In this document: positions 24,739 to 36,088 of the stretch, piece after piece
How positions within the stretch are numbered: the stretch's first letter is position 1
Layout of the letters: the number at the start of each line of letters is the position of its first letter
Assembly: GCA_043228905.1 (NCBI GenBank)
Contig: JBHGNT010000089.1
Location: 30,288 to 94,287, forward strand
DNA length: 64,000 nt
Direction: 5' to 3'
From: Azolla caroliniana
Lineage: Eukaryota > Plantae > Polypodiophyta
Notes under the pieces: generated by a model
Told to the model about the DNA's origin: nothing
The model's database searches: none
Seen by the model: only the letters and a program-made list of their open reading frames with translations
Program-made: the position numbers and the translations under genes

Positions 24739-25908
24739 ATGGCCACCGTTAGCGCTGAAGAGTATCAATCCGTTTTCTCGGAATTTGAATGCTTGAAAGA
24801 GAAGTTTCATGCTTTGGAACAAGAAAATCAACGCTTGTTGGGGGATCTTCAGCAAATTTCCTTAGAAAAGCAGCAAACGCAACAACAGCATGGGGAACTT
24901 GCGTTACGCGTGCAACAACTCGAAGCAACCATCGTAGCAATGCAACAACAAGGGCACGGAGCACAAGGGATTCATAAAGAACCCAAGATTGGCCTTCCCA
25001 CGAAGTTCGATGGAACGCGATCGCAGTTTAGAGGGTTTCTTAACCAGGTACGGTTAGTTATTCAAATGCATCCGTCCCGATATCCCACCGATGCATCACG
25101 AGTGGGTTTAGTAGGCACGTTGTTAAATGGCTCAGCATTAGCATGGTTCGCTCCGCTACTAGAAAAGGAATCTCCAGTACTAAATAATTTTGAAGAATTC
25201 ATAAGTGAGTTTAAAGCATGTTTTGGAGATACTGACAGCATAAGGACTGCAATCAACAAAATCCGGCGATTACGCCAAGGTGACCGTCCAGCCTCCGCAT
25301 ATGCTGCAGATTTCCGCCTACTCGCCGCCGATATCCCCTGGGATGATCAAGCATTGATGGAGCAGTTCCGCTATGGTCTACGCAACGATGTCAAGGATTT
25401 ACTCTTGACTTTCCCTGAAGAGCCAAAATCATTAACAGAAGCAATCAGTCGAGCGGTCAGATGTGACAACCGCCTCTTCGAGCGACGTTCGGAACGACAA
25501 TTTCAGATGCCGAGGGCAAGATCCGAGCCTACCTATGCCTCAGTGGTAGCGAAACCTTTTCAAAGGGAGTCACATAATGCGCCTCCAGTAAGTACTCCAA
25601 CTCCAATGGAAATTGACACTACACGTCGTCGTGGGCCGCTATCGGAGGAGGAAAAGCAACGACGCCGAACAAACCGATTATGCCTTTATTGCGGTGGACC
25701 AGGGCATATCGCGATAAACTGTCCCCATAGACCAAGAAGGCAGGTAAACCAAGTCATTGTTAGTTCTGACTATACTAAACCCGAGTCTATTTCAGTAGGA
25801 ATCTCTGATAATCCTCATAGTCATAATAGTCCTAATAGTACTAATAGTCCGAATCTCGTAAACAAATTTGATGTCCTTAGCCAATTAGAAGAAGAGTTAA
25901 ACGACTAA
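24739..25908 (+). CDS. gag: Chromovirus D Gag (coiled coil, capsid, CCHC knuckle)
   Basis: PTKFDGTR, LRQGDRPASAYAADF, PMEID, CLYCGGPGHIAINC. Confidence 0.95.
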   Translation: MATVSAEEYQSVFSEFECLKEKFHALEQENQRLLGDLQQISLEKQQTQQQHGELALRVQQLEATIVAMQQQGHGAQGIHKEPKIGLPTKFDGTRSQFRGFLNQVRLVIQMHPSRYPTDASRVGLVGTLLNGSALAWFAPLLEKESPVLNNFEEFISEFKACFGDTDSIRTAINKIRRLRQGDRPASAYAADFRLLAADIPWDDQALMEQFRYGLRNDVKDLLLTFPEEPKSLTEAISRAVRCDNRLFERRSERQFQMPRARSEPTYASVVAKPFQRESHNAPPVSTPTPMEIDTTRRRGPLSEEEKQRRRTNRLCLYCGGPGHIAINCPHRPRRQVNQVIVSSDYTKPESISVGISDNPHSHNSPNSTNSPNLVNKFDVLSQLEEELND

Positions 25909-28900
25909 GTCCAGCCAAAATAGGAGCCGTTTGGTTGGACAGCCCTAGATCTGTGCAGCCCATTAGTGGTTCCATTCCCTCTAAGCAAGTTAGTGATGTG
26001 TTCGTAGCCCAAGTAGCAGTTAGTACTAAAAGTACCCCTCCAGTACATACCTTAGCCCTTCTAGATTCCGGAGCTAATTCTTGCTTCATGGATAGGAATT
26101 TTGCCCGAGCTCATCAGATATCTCTCAGAAAGCTCCCATGTCCAGCCTCAGTAGTAGTCATTGATGGTCGTCCCATTGCTTCTGGTAATATCATAGAAGA
26201 GTCGGAACCCGTTAATATTGTCCTAGATAACTTAACATGTGTAGTATCATTTAATATTATTAGTATTCCAGAACATCCCATAGTTTTAGGATTACCATGG
26301 TTCGAGTTACATGACCCAGACATAGATTGGAGGACAAGGGAAATCCGGTTGCGACAAACCCAAGGATCTACCCAGAAGGTTGCAACCATTTCGCTACGTC
26401 AGTTGCGTGAGGAAGGGCGCAAGGAGGAAATGTTTCTCTTCGCAATATCAGTACAACCCTCCAGCACCACCAAAGAGGAGTCCACCGTTCAACTTCCCGA
26501 GAAGTATCGTCAGTATGCTGATGTGTTCGATAAAGTACAAGCCAACACACTTCCTCATCATCGGCCGTACGACTGCGCCATCGACTTACAACCGGGAAAA
26601 GAGCCGCCATGGGGGCCGATCTACAATTTGTCACCAACCGAGCTAGAAGTCCTTCGAGCCTATATAGAGGAGAATTTGGAGAACGGTTTCATTCGGCATT
26701 CGAAATCTCCAGCCGGCGCACCCATTTTCTTCGTCAAGAAAAAAGATGGCTCGCTTCGACTCGTTGTAGATTACCGTGGCTTGAATAAGGTCACAGTAAG
26801 AAATAGGTATGCTCTTCCCCTTATCTCAAGTCTTTTAGAACGGATCAACGGTGCCAGGTTCTTCACGAAGATCGACTTACGAGGAGCCTATAACCTCGTA
26901 CGGATCCGACCAGGAGATGAATTGAAGACCGCGTTTCGCACCAGATATGGGCACTTCGAGTATACGGTCATGCCGTTCGGACTCACTAATGCGCCGGCAG
27001 TCTTCCAGCACATGGCGAATGATATATTTCGAGATCTCTTGGATGATTTTTTGATCATCTATTTGGATGATCTACTGGTTTATTCAAAGACCCAAGAAGA
27101 ACATGATTCTCATGTACTATTAGTACTAAAACGACTTCGAGAACATGGTCTGTATGCAAAGTTAGAGAAATGTAGTTTCGGGTGCAACCAAGTGGAGTTT
27201 CTCGGCTATGTCATCTCCTCAGAAGGCATATCTATGGACCCAGCCAAGGTCAAAACGGTGATAGAATGGCACACTCCGCGTTCGGTGCGGGATGTGCAAT
27301 GCTTCCTAGGCTTTGCAAATTTTTACCGGAAGTTTATACAAAATTACTCAAAAATTGTGCTGCCTCTCACACAGCTCACCAGGAAGGGACAATCATTCAT
27401 TTGTTCTAAAGAGACGGACATGGCTTTCGAGAGTCTTAAGAAGGCGTTTACATCAGCTCCAATTTTAGGTCATGTGGATCCGGAAAAACCATTCATTATC
27501 GAAGCTGACGCATCGGATTTCGCATTGGGGAGCATTCTGTCACAACAGGGTAACGACGAGAAGCTACATCCTGTGGCTTTCCACTCCCGTAAGTTTGACG
27601 CCGCCGAAATCAACTACGAAATTCATGATAAAGAGCTATTAGCAATAGTTGATTCTTTTATGCAATGGAGGCATTTCCTGGAGGGATCTCCTCATCAGGT
27701 CACTGTATTCAGTGACCACAAGAACCTTGCCTACTTTCAAGATGCTCGTGTACTGAATCGACGTCAAGCTCGGTGGGCCCACTTCCTCACACGCTTCGAC
27801 TTCAAAATTACATATCGTCCGGGGAAGCACCAAGGGAAGGCAGATGCATTATCACGGCGTTCGTATCTAACACCACGTCCCGGTGAGCCAGCTTTCGATA
27901 ACCAGAAGCAAGTAATCTTGGGTCCAGCACGACTGCAAGCAGCACAGGTCTTTGACATGCCCGTGGATTCCGACATTACCAATACTATACGTGAGGACTT
28001 GAAGACTGACGCTTTCGCCCAAGCTATACTAGCACAAATTGACCTCTCTCGAGCGTCATGTTCACAATCACAATCACCAGGTACGGATTATCGGCAATTC
28101 AAATACTGTGATGGATTACTCTTCTTTAAAGAACTTTTGTATGTTCCTAATGGTTCTTGCCGCCTTCGAGTAGTACAAAACTGCCATGACACATTTACAG
28201 CAGGACATTTTGGTAGTACTAAAACATTAGATTTAGTACAACGATCATTCTGGTGGCCCCGTATGCGACAATTTGTCGAAGATTTTGTTCGGACTTGCGA
28301 TACATGCTGCAGAGCGAAAATGCCAAGACATCATCCATATGGTTTATTAGAACCATTACCAATTCCAAGCAAGCCATGGCAATCCATTGCTCTTGACTTC
28401 ATTACAGATCTTCCAGTCTCTAAGGGATTCAGTGCGATTCTCACAGTGGTGGATCGATATACGAAGATGGCTCATTTCTTACCATGTACTAAAGAAATAT
28501 CTAGTGAAGACACCGCCGAAATTGTCATGCGGGAAGTATGTCGGCATCATGGACTCCCTGATAATATCATCAGCGATCGTGGACCCCAGTTTGTGTCAAA
28601 ATTCTGGAAGCACCTTTTTAAAATGCTGAAGGTCACTTGTAACCTCTCCTCCGGCTACCACCCACAAACCGACGGTCAAGCCGAACGAACAAATCAAACA
28701 CTGGAGCAGTATCTGCGGTGCTTTCTCAACTATCATCAGAATGACTGGGCAGATATTCTTCAGTTCGCCGAATTTGCCTATAATAACGCTATCCACGCAT
28801 CGACTAAAGTCACGCCATTCTACGCTTATACGGGATATCATCCCCGGTGGTGTATCCTTGAAACCCCAGAAGTGTCCACAAATCCTTGCGCGGAGGATCG

Positions 28901-29492
28901 TTTGGAGCGGTTACGCAAGATACAAGCGGATTTATCTACTCAACTCCAGCAAGCTCAACAATCACACAAGGACTACGCAGATCGTCATCGACTTCCATCC
29001 AGTTTTAACATTGGAGATCGGGTGTGGCTGCTACGACGACACATCAAGACTACTCGCCCATGTGAGAAGTTGGATTATCGGCGATTAGGTCCTTTCCGTA
29101 TTATCGGGAAGATTAATGATGTCGCTTTTCGTCTCGAGCTACCTCCGCAACTTCGGATACATCCGGTGTTTCATAGTTCTCTCCTCGAACCCTATCACGA
29201 GAGCACTATCCCAGGACGTACTATACAACCTCCACCTCCTATCGAGCTCGAAGATGGACCTGAGTATGAGGTCGCTGCCATCCTCGATTCCAAGATTGTT
29301 CGCAACAAGCTCTACTATCTAGTCGATTGGCAAGGATATAGTCCCAGCGAGCGTACTTGGGAACCGATCGAGAATGTGACCAATGCTCGTGCTCTTCTAG
29401 AAGACTTCCATCGACGATATCCCGAGAAACCGGGTCCTCAATCCAAAACGACTCGTGAAACTCGTCGTTTTAAAGGGGGGATAGTGTCATAA
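25881..29492 (+). CDS. pol: Chromovirus D Pol (protease, RT, RNase H, integrase, chromodomain), -1 frame to gag
   Basis: LLDSGA, YLDD, EADASD, SDRGPQF, GQAERTNQ, EYEVAAILDSK...YLVDWQGY...TWEP. The frame is open from 25881. Confidence 0.96.
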   Translation, partial: PIRRRVKRLSPAKIGAVWLDSPRSVQPISGSIPSKQVSDVFVAQVAVSTKSTPPVHTLALLDSGANSCFMDRNFARAHQISLRKLPCPASVVVIDGRPIASGNIIEESEPVNIVLDNLTCVVSFNIISIPEHPIVLGLPWFELHDPDIDWRTREIRLRQTQGSTQKVATISLRQLREEGRKEEMFLFAISVQPSSTTKEESTVQLPEKYRQYADVFDKVQANTLPHHRPYDCAIDLQPGKEPPWGPIYNLSPTELEVLRAYIEENLENGFIRHSKSPAGAPIFFVKKKDGSLRLVVDYRGLNKVTVRNRYALPLISSLLERINGARFFTKIDLRGAYNLVRIRPGDELKTAFRTRYGHFEYTVMPFGLTNAPAVFQHMANDIFRDLLDDFLIIYLDDLLVYSKTQEEHDSHVLLVLKRLREHGLYAKLEKCSFGCNQVEFLGYVISSEGISMDPAKVKTVIEWHTPRSVRDVQCFLGFANFYRKFIQNYSKIVLPLTQLTRKGQSFICSKETDMAFESLKKAFTSAPILGHVDPEKPFIIEADASDFALGSILSQQGNDEKLHPVAFHSRKFDAAEINYEIHDKELLAIVDSFMQWRHFLEGSPHQVTVFSDHKNLAYFQDARVLNRRQARWAHFLTRFDFKITYRPGKHQGKADALSRRSYLTPRPGEPAFDNQKQVILGPARLQAAQVFDMPVDSDITNTIREDLKTDAFAQAILAQIDLSRASCSQSQSPGTDYRQFKYCDGLLFFKELLYVPNGSCRLRVVQNCHDTFTAGHFGSTKTLDLVQRSFWWPRMRQFVEDFVRTCDTCCRAKMPRHHPYGLLEPLPIPSKPWQSIALDFITDLPVSKGFSAILTVVDRYTKMAHFLPCTKEISSEDTAEIVMREVCRHHGLPDNIISDRGPQFVSKFWKHLFKMLKVTCNLSSGYHPQTDGQAERTNQTLEQYLRCFLNYHQNDWADILQFAEFAYNNAIHASTKVTPFYAYTGYHPRWCILETPEVSTNPCAEDRLERLRKIQADLSTQLQQAQQSHKDYADRHRLPSSFNIGDRVWLLRRHIKTTRPCEKLDYRRLGPFRIIGKINDVAFRLELPPQLRIHPVFHSSLLEPYHESTIPGRTIQPPPPIELEDGPEYEVAAILDSKIVRNKLYYLVDWQGYSPSERTWEPIENVTNARALLEDFHRRYPEKPGPQSKTTRETRRFKGGIVS
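25896..25948 (+). promoter_or_regulatory. Putative -1 ribosomal frameshift signal
   Basis: G_TTA_AAC, 6-nt spacer, then a 10-bp stem (25909-18 / 25931-40). Confidence 0.75.
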
Positions 29493-29774
29493 CTAGACTC
29501 GAACCCATAACCTTTTGTTACACGGGTCGAGGCTTTACCATTAGGTTATGAATTGTAATTTGAAGAATATTATTTTCATTTAGGTTTTATTGGGAAATTG
29601 ATGTATATTCCAGATTTCTCTGGAACATTCTAGAAACTTCAGGAGTATTCCTGAAGACACTATAAAAGGAGGCGCAAGGCATTAGTTCGAACCAAATCGG
29701 TTCAACGCCAGTCTTAAGCCTTCTAACTACTGTTGTATATCTTCCGTCATATAATACATATATCTTTCGCATCA

Positions 29775-29810
<36 letters not shown>

Positions 29811-29948
29811 ACTCATTCCTTCTCTCAAAGTTCGACACCTCTCATAGTACTAATCCTTCTCTGTCTTAGTACTATTCCCCAACAATAGTACTAATCCTTC
29901 TTTTAGTACTAATTCCTTCTCTGCCTTAATAGAGTTCCTGACAGTCAG

Positions 29949-30763
29949 AGGAGTCCTTAAAGAGGACCGGACGATTCCGGTATGTTCAGAAAGGATGTAC
30001 GAAGTCATGGCGGACTTCAGTAGAGGGCTCGAGTCGGATCAGACGGCCCGGATGGACACGAGGTACAAGACTGTGGACCAGAAGGTGAGGCCAGTCGCGG
30101 CTCCCTTGCCAGAGGGCAGCGAGTTGCGAATAAAGGGGGTTGCGTCGGACCCGAGTTTACGAAATCCGGCCCGCATAGGACACACGTTCACCGACATAAC
30201 GTTGCGCGAGCTCAAAATCGGTGGGGGCGGCTTCCTACTGCTGGCGGAAGAGGACCGTTTTCGGGGAATGCTCAGAAGGCACGGGAAGGCTTTCGCATTC
30301 TCACCGGAGGAGATCGGGTGCGTAGACCCGACAGTCGTGGAATCGATGGTGATATTCACGGTACCGCATGTGCCGTGGAGTCTCAAACCGATTCCAGTAC
30401 CCAGAGCTCACATCCCGAAGCTGATGGAGCTGTTAAAGCAGAAGGTCGAGATGTGAATCCTCGAACCGTCGAGTGCCCCATATTCGAATCGGTGGTTTAC
30501 CATGCCGAAGAAGGATGGCACACTGCGCTTTATTCAAGACCTGCAACCGGTCAACAAGGTGACCATTCGAAACGCAGGAATCGGACCGACAATAGATGAG
30601 TTCGCGGAGGCCTTCGCCGGAAGGTCGATTTACTCGGCTGGTGATCTCTACTCGGGGTACGATCAGTTCCAGCTAGCCATAGAGAGCAGAGACATCACGA
30701 CAATGCGAACTCCTCTCGGCCTAGTACGGATGTGTACCCTACCACAAGGAGGGACGAACTCGG
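29949..30763 (+). pseudogene. Element B RT, N-terminal part
   Basis: YKTVDQKVRPV, PKKDGTLRFIQDLQPVN, DLYSGYDQ, LPQGGTNSV. Confidence 0.88.
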
Positions 30764-33700
30764 TGTTGCGAATCGATGCTTCGCTTCACCTTCTCCACTC
30801 GGCCACAACCAAGTAATCGCGGATCAATGCAGCAGAAAATAGGAATCAAACGGAGAAACAAAACGCGAACACAAGGATTAACGTGGAAAACCCTAGATGG
30901 GAAAAACCACGGGAGTACAAGACTCCAAACCAACACTATACAAAGAGAAGTATACAATGGCGAGCTGCAAGGCGACGACCTTGAGCTCGCTGTCCTCGCC
31001 ACAGGCGGCGGAAATACACAGAGGCGTCGACCTCTTCCTCTCTCTCTCTCTCTCGCGCGATCTATCTCTCTCTCTCACGGCTGCTCTCTCTCTTCACTCC
31101 TCTAGAGTGGAAAAACAGAAAAATGAATAGCAACAACAAAACTGTTTGCCCTAAGTCATATTTATACACATATGACTTTAGGGCTATTTACAACTATAGC
31201 CTCAAGGGCCCTTGGCAAACATATTCGCAGATATGTCCCCGCATCCGGATCTCTCTCCGGGTACATTCGTCATCCGGTACCGAAACCGGGGTCTTCATCA
31301 TCCGGTTCCGAAACCGAAACCGGGCTTGTCGGCATTCACCTTCGGACATCCGACCATCCCATCCGAAAGGGACCATAATCCCAACAAACTCCCCCTTCAC
31401 TTCGGTATGGGATGTCTCTCCAATCCTATCCTCTTCCGGCATGCTTCCAGCTTGTCGGGTGTAAGCACCTTGGTCAGCATATCCGACCCGTTCTCGTCCG
31501 TGTGGATCTTTGTCAGCACGAACTCCTTGTCTTCTATCCTTTCCCGGATCCAGTGATATCTTCGCTGGATGTGCTTCGTCCGGGAGTGATAGGCCGCGTT
31601 CTTCGCAAGGTGGATTGCACTCTGACTGTCGCAGTAGAGTCGGTACTCCTCCTGCCGGATACCGAGCTCTCTAATGAAGTCTTTCATCCATATTACTTCC
31701 TTGCCGGCTTCAACAGCCGCCATGTACTCCGCCTCCGTGGTTGACAACGCAACCGTCTTCTGCAGCCTCGACTGCCATGAAACAGCTCCACCTGCATACG
31801 TCATCACATACCCTGATGTGGACCGGCTGGTATCTGCATCAGCCGACATATCCGAATCGGTGAAGCCGTCGAGTTCGGGCTTACCGGAGCCGAATCGGAG
31901 GCACACGTTTGCCGTGCCCTTCAGGTATCGGAGTATCCACTTGGCCGCGTTCCAATGCTCTTTGCCGGGATTGCTCATGTACCGGCTCACCACTCCGACT
32001 GCGTATCCTATGTCCGGTCTCGTACACACCATGGCGTACATCAAGCTCCCGACGGCTGAGGCATACGGCACTTTCATCATATCCTCCTTTTCAGCCTTTG
32101 TCTTGGGACTTTGTTTGCTGGACAGCTTGCAGTTTGCCGGGAGGGTCGATCCGACCGGTCTTGCTTCCGACATGTTGAACCGGTGAAGCACCTTCGTCAC
32201 GTACTTCTCCTGTGACAGCCACAACAGCTTCTTCTTCCGGTCCCGGATGATGTGCATCCCTAGTATTTGTCTCGCCGAACCCAGGTCCTTCATTGAGAAG
32301 GTTCGGTGAAGAGCCTTCTTCAGCATCCGTATCTTGACCTGGTCCCGTCCGACGATCAACATGTCGTCCACGTACAGGAGGAGTATTAGAAAGTCTCCTC
32401 CTTCGAACTTCTTCACAAACACGCAGTGGTCGGACTGCGTTTTGAGATACCCTTCGTCGGTCATGAAGGAGTCGAACTTCCGGTACCATTGCCGGGGAGC
32501 CTGCTTCAGTCCGTAAAGGCTCTTCTTCAACCGGCATACCAGGTGCTCCTTCCCTTTCTTCTCGAATCCTTCCGGTTGCTGCATGTAGATCTCTTCATCG
32601 AGGTCACCATGAAGGAATGCCGTCTTCACGTCCATCTGTTCTACCTCGAGGTCCATGCTTGCCGCTATGCTCAGCACCGTCCGGATGGAGGTCATCTTCA
32701 CTACCGGGGCAAATATCTCGTCGAAGTCGACGCCCTTCTTCTGCTGAAACCCCTTCACCACGATCCTGGCTTTGTATCTCGGGGGGTTTCCGGCATCTCC
32801 CGGTTTCATCTTGAACACCCACTTGTTACGGAGTGCCCGTTTTCCTTTCGGCAGCTCCACAAGTTCATATGTGTGGTTCTCATGCAGGGAATCCATCTCG
32901 TCCTGCATGGCACTCAACCACCTGCGGCTCTGAGTGTCATGCTTTGCTTCTTCAAAGCTCTCCGGCTCCCCCTCGTCGGTTAGCAACAGGTGCTCTGGTT
33001 CCGGAAATCTCCGGGGGGCCCTTCTCTCTCTTAGAGGATATCTCCGTTCTGGAGCTTCGGTAACCGGTTCTTCCGATTCTTCTTCATCCGAATCCATTTC
33101 GGGATCGGGGCCGGTTCCGGTATCATTTTCATCTTCTTCGACCGGTTCTGCTTCTTCACCGTCTTCGGCCGGATCCTCGAGTGCTAACCGGTCCCTTGCC
33201 GGTCGGGACTGCTCCTCGTAGAGTTGATCCTCACCGATCGACTTGGAGCTCTTCATCTTCTTCTCCGACTCCCAGTCGGCGAGTGTCTTGTTCTCCATGA
33301 AGATGATGTCTCGACTCCTGAATATCTTCTTGTCGACCGGGTCCCATACTCGGTAGCCGAACTCGTCATCGCCGTAACCGAGGAATATGCATGGCCGGGT
33401 CTTTGGATCTAGCTTTCCTCTCCGGTCCTTTGCCACATGCACGTATGTGAGACACCCGAACACCTTCAGGTGCCGATAGGATACTTCCCTACCGGTCCAC
33501 ACTCTCTGCGGCGTGTCTCCGTCCAAAGGTACTGAGGGTGATCGGTTTATCACATATGTCGCCGTCGACATTGCCTCAGCCCAAAACCCCTTGGGTAATT
33601 TCGCATGTGCCAGCATACTCCGGACCCTCTCCATTATGGTCCGGTTCATCCTCTCGGCCAGCCCGTTCAGTTCCGGCGTCTTCGGCACAGTAAACTCGAG

Positions 33701-36083
33701 CCGGATTCCCTTCGAGCGACAGTACTCCTGGAACTGTCCCCGGTATTCCCCTCCGTTATCCGCTCGTATCGCTTTCAGCTTCTTGCCAGATTCTCTTTCC
33801 ACTCTCGCGTGGAGTTCTTTGAAGACGGACAACACTTGGTCCTTTGTCTTCATCGGTGCCGTCCACAGTCTTCGGCTATGATCGTCTATGAATGTTACGA
33901 AGTACTGGGCTCCGCCATGTGACTTCGTTTCTACCTGACACACATCGGTGTGCACCAACTCCAATGGTGCTCTACGTCTCGTCGGTGGCCTTGAGTGGAA
34001 GGAGGTTCGGTTCTGCTTACCGGCCAGGCAATCGGTGCACTTCTCCAGGTGCACATGCTTCACTGGAATAAGGTTGTCTTCTGCAAGCCTCTTCATCCCC
34101 TTCTCACTCATGTGACACAGTCTTTTGTGCCACAGCTCACCGGCAGTGTCGGCTGCCACATTCAGCTCTTCCGGACATAACCGGGCATTCATAAGGTACA
34201 GTGTGTTGTCTTTCCGGGCCCGAGCCACTATCAGGCTCCCCTTGCTGAACTTCATCACGCCATTCCGGATGCTACCTGTGTAGCCTTCATCGTCTAGCCT
34301 CCCGGCCGAAATCAGGTTCAATCGAACCTCCGGAACGTGTCGGACATCCTTCAGCAGCATTTTGCATCCGGTCGGGGTTGTCAACCACACGTCTCCTATG
34401 CCGGCAATCCGGCACGTACCTTCATTTCCCATCCGAACACAGCCATGCTCACCGGCTGTGTAGGATGAGAAGTATCTTCTCTCCGGGGTCAGGTGGAACG
34501 ATGCTCCGGAATCGACCACCCAGGTCGTCTCATCACCGGCAATGTTTAGTTCACCTTCTTCGGTGATGACCATGATTTCTTCCTCACTTGCCGCGAGTGC
34601 CGTCGTTCCTTTCCTGTCCTGCCCTCGCCGATCCGAACCTCTCCGGTCCGTGGCTCCCCGGTATGCACCGTTTCTCTCCGGTGACTTCTTCGAATCGGTG
34701 TCGTCGGCTCCGTTGTCTTTTCGGTGGAAGCATGTGGGCCTTCCTCTTGACTGCGACCGGGTCCCCGACTTCTCCCGTCTTTGCGGACTCCGGTTCCATT
34801 GTCTTCCCCGATCCGATTCGGTAAGCAGCGCCTTCGGGTCGGAGGCCGGTTCTTTATCTCTCCGACGCGCTTCTTCATTCAGAATACTCGTCTTTACCGT
34901 TTGCAAGGACAAGTTATCTTCTGTGCAGGAGGTGCTGAGAGTCACCACCAAGTTCTCCCAGCTTTCCGGCAATGTACACATCAGGATGATGGCTTGCATT
35001 GCATCCTCCAACGGGAACTTGATCGCCGCAAGCTGATTCACGAATCCCATGAACGTGCTTACGTGTTCCACCATACTCTCGCCGTCTCGATACTTGAGGT
35101 TCACTATCTTCCTCATCAGGGAGGTCCGGTTCAACGCATTCTTCCTCTCGTAGAGGCCCGACAGCTTCTTCCACATCTCATATGCGTTGGTGTCGTTCGC
35201 CACATGTTGTAGGACGCTTACATCGACATATTGTCGGATCGTCGCTACGGCTTTCCGGTTCAGGAGCTTCCACTCCGACTCAAGTACCCTTTTCGGTATT
35301 TCCGACCTGTCAATCGGTTCGTACAGGTCCCGAACAATCAGAAGATCCTCCATCTTGATCTTCCAGTCGGCGTAATTCTGCGCATTCAGCACCATCATCC
35401 CCGGCTGCCCGCTGCCGCCGCCTTCCATTTTCTGCAGCAGTTCGCTCTGATACCAGTTTGTTGCGAATCGATGCTTCGCTTCACCTTCTCCACTCGGCCA
35501 CAACCAAGTAATCGCGGATCAATGCAGCAGAAAATAGGAATCAAACGGAGAAACAAAACGCGAACACAAGGATTAACGTGGAAAACCCTAGATGGGAAAA
35601 ACCACGGGAGTACAAGACTCCAAACCAACACTATACAAAGAGAAGTATACAATGGCGAGCTGCAAGGCGACGACCTTGAGCTCGCTGTCCTCGCCACAGG
35701 CGGCGGAAATACACAGAGGCGTCGACCTCTTCCTCTCTCTCTCTCTCTCTCGCGCGATCTATCTCTCTCTCTCACGGCTGCTCTCTCTCTTCACTCCTCT
35801 AGAGTGGAAAAACAGAAAAATGAATAGCAACAACAAAACTGTTTGCCCTAAGTCATATTTATACACATATGACTTTAGGGCTATTTACAACTATAGCCTC
35901 AAGGGCCCTTGGCAAACATATTCGCAGATATGTCCCCGCATCCGGATCTCTCTCCGGGTACATTCGTCATCCGGTACCGAAACCGGGGTCTTCATCATCC
36001 GGTTCCGAAACCGAAACCGGGCTTGTCGGCATTCACCTTCGGACATCCGACCATCCCATCCGAAAGGGACCATAATCCCAACA
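30764..36083 (-). mobile_element. Intact Ty1/copia E (Tnt1/Tto1-like); LTRs 35459-36083 and 30764-31386
   Basis: TSD CTCGG, PBS TGGTATCAGAGC (35444-55, initiator tRNA-Met), PPT at 31387-98. LTRs differ visibly only in (CT)n length. Confidence 0.97.
31397..35428 (-). CDS. Copia E Gag-Pol polyprotein
   Basis: Uninterrupted ORF with VVDSGASFH, LVHTDVC, ADNGGEY, GLAERMNR, LLYVDDM, STTEAEY. Likely ATG at 35428, downstream of the PBS. Confidence 0.96.
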   Translation of the reverse strand: MEGGGSGQPGMMVLNAQNYADWKIKMEDLLIVRDLYEPIDRSEIPKRVLESEWKLLNRKAVATIRQYVDVSVLQHVANDTNAYEMWKKLSGLYERKNALNRTSLMRKIVNLKYRDGESMVEHVSTFMGFVNQLAAIKFPLEDAMQAIILMCTLPESWENLVVTLSTSCTEDNLSLQTVKTSILNEEARRRDKEPASDPKALLTESDRGRQWNRSPQRREKSGTRSQSRGRPTCFHRKDNGADDTDSKKSPERNGAYRGATDRRGSDRRGQDRKGTTALAASEEEIMVITEEGELNIAGDETTWVVDSGASFHLTPERRYFSSYTAGEHGCVRMGNEGTCRIAGIGDVWLTTPTGCKMLLKDVRHVPEVRLNLISAGRLDDEGYTGSIRNGVMKFSKGSLIVARARKDNTLYLMNARLCPEELNVAADTAGELWHKRLCHMSEKGMKRLAEDNLIPVKHVHLEKCTDCLAGKQNRTSFHSRPPTRRRAPLELVHTDVCQVETKSHGGAQYFVTFIDDHSRRLWTAPMKTKDQVLSVFKELHARVERESGKKLKAIRADNGGEYRGQFQEYCRSKGIRLEFTVPKTPELNGLAERMNRTIMERVRSMLAHAKLPKGFWAEAMSTATYVINRSPSVPLDGDTPQRVWTGREVSYRHLKVFGCLTYVHVAKDRRGKLDPKTRPCIFLGYGDDEFGYRVWDPVDKKIFRSRDIIFMENKTLADWESEKKMKSSKSIGEDQLYEEQSRPARDRLALEDPAEDGEEAEPVEEDENDTGTGPDPEMDSDEEESEEPVTEAPERRYPLRERRAPRRFPEPEHLLLTDEGEPESFEEAKHDTQSRRWLSAMQDEMDSLHENHTYELVELPKGKRALRNKWVFKMKPGDAGNPPRYKARIVVKGFQQKKGVDFDEIFAPVVKMTSIRTVLSIAASMDLEVEQMDVKTAFLHGDLDEEIYMQQPEGFEKKGKEHLVCRLKKSLYGLKQAPRQWYRKFDSFMTDEGYLKTQSDHCVFVKKFEGGDFLILLLYVDDMLIVGRDQVKIRMLKKALHRTFSMKDLGSARQILGMHIIRDRKKKLLWLSQEKYVTKVLHRFNMSEARPVGSTLPANCKLSSKQSPKTKAEKEDMMKVPYASAVGSLMYAMVCTRPDIGYAVGVVSRYMSNPGKEHWNAAKWILRYLKGTANVCLRFGSGKPELDGFTDSDMSADADTSRSTSGYVMTYAGGAVSWQSRLQKTVALSTTEAEYMAAVEAGKEVIWMKDFIRELGIRQEEYRLYCDSQSAIHLAKNAAYHSRTKHIQRRYHWIRERIEDKEFVLTKIHTDENGSDMLTKVLTPDKLEACRKRIGLERHPIPK

Positions 36084-36088
36084 CTCGG

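Larger units (their letters stand above)
24192..29943 (+). mobile_element. Intact Tcn1/Tf1-like chromovirus D; 459-bp LTRs 24192-24650 and 29485-29943
   Basis: TSD GTCAG, one LTR mismatch seen, PPT AAAGGGGGGATAG at 29472-29484. Confidence 0.97.

Noticed and set aside
31412-35375. Many plus-strand ORFs opposite copia E (likewise antisense ORFs in B, C and D)
   Set aside because: Shadow ORFs of GC-rich coding sequence with no motifs.
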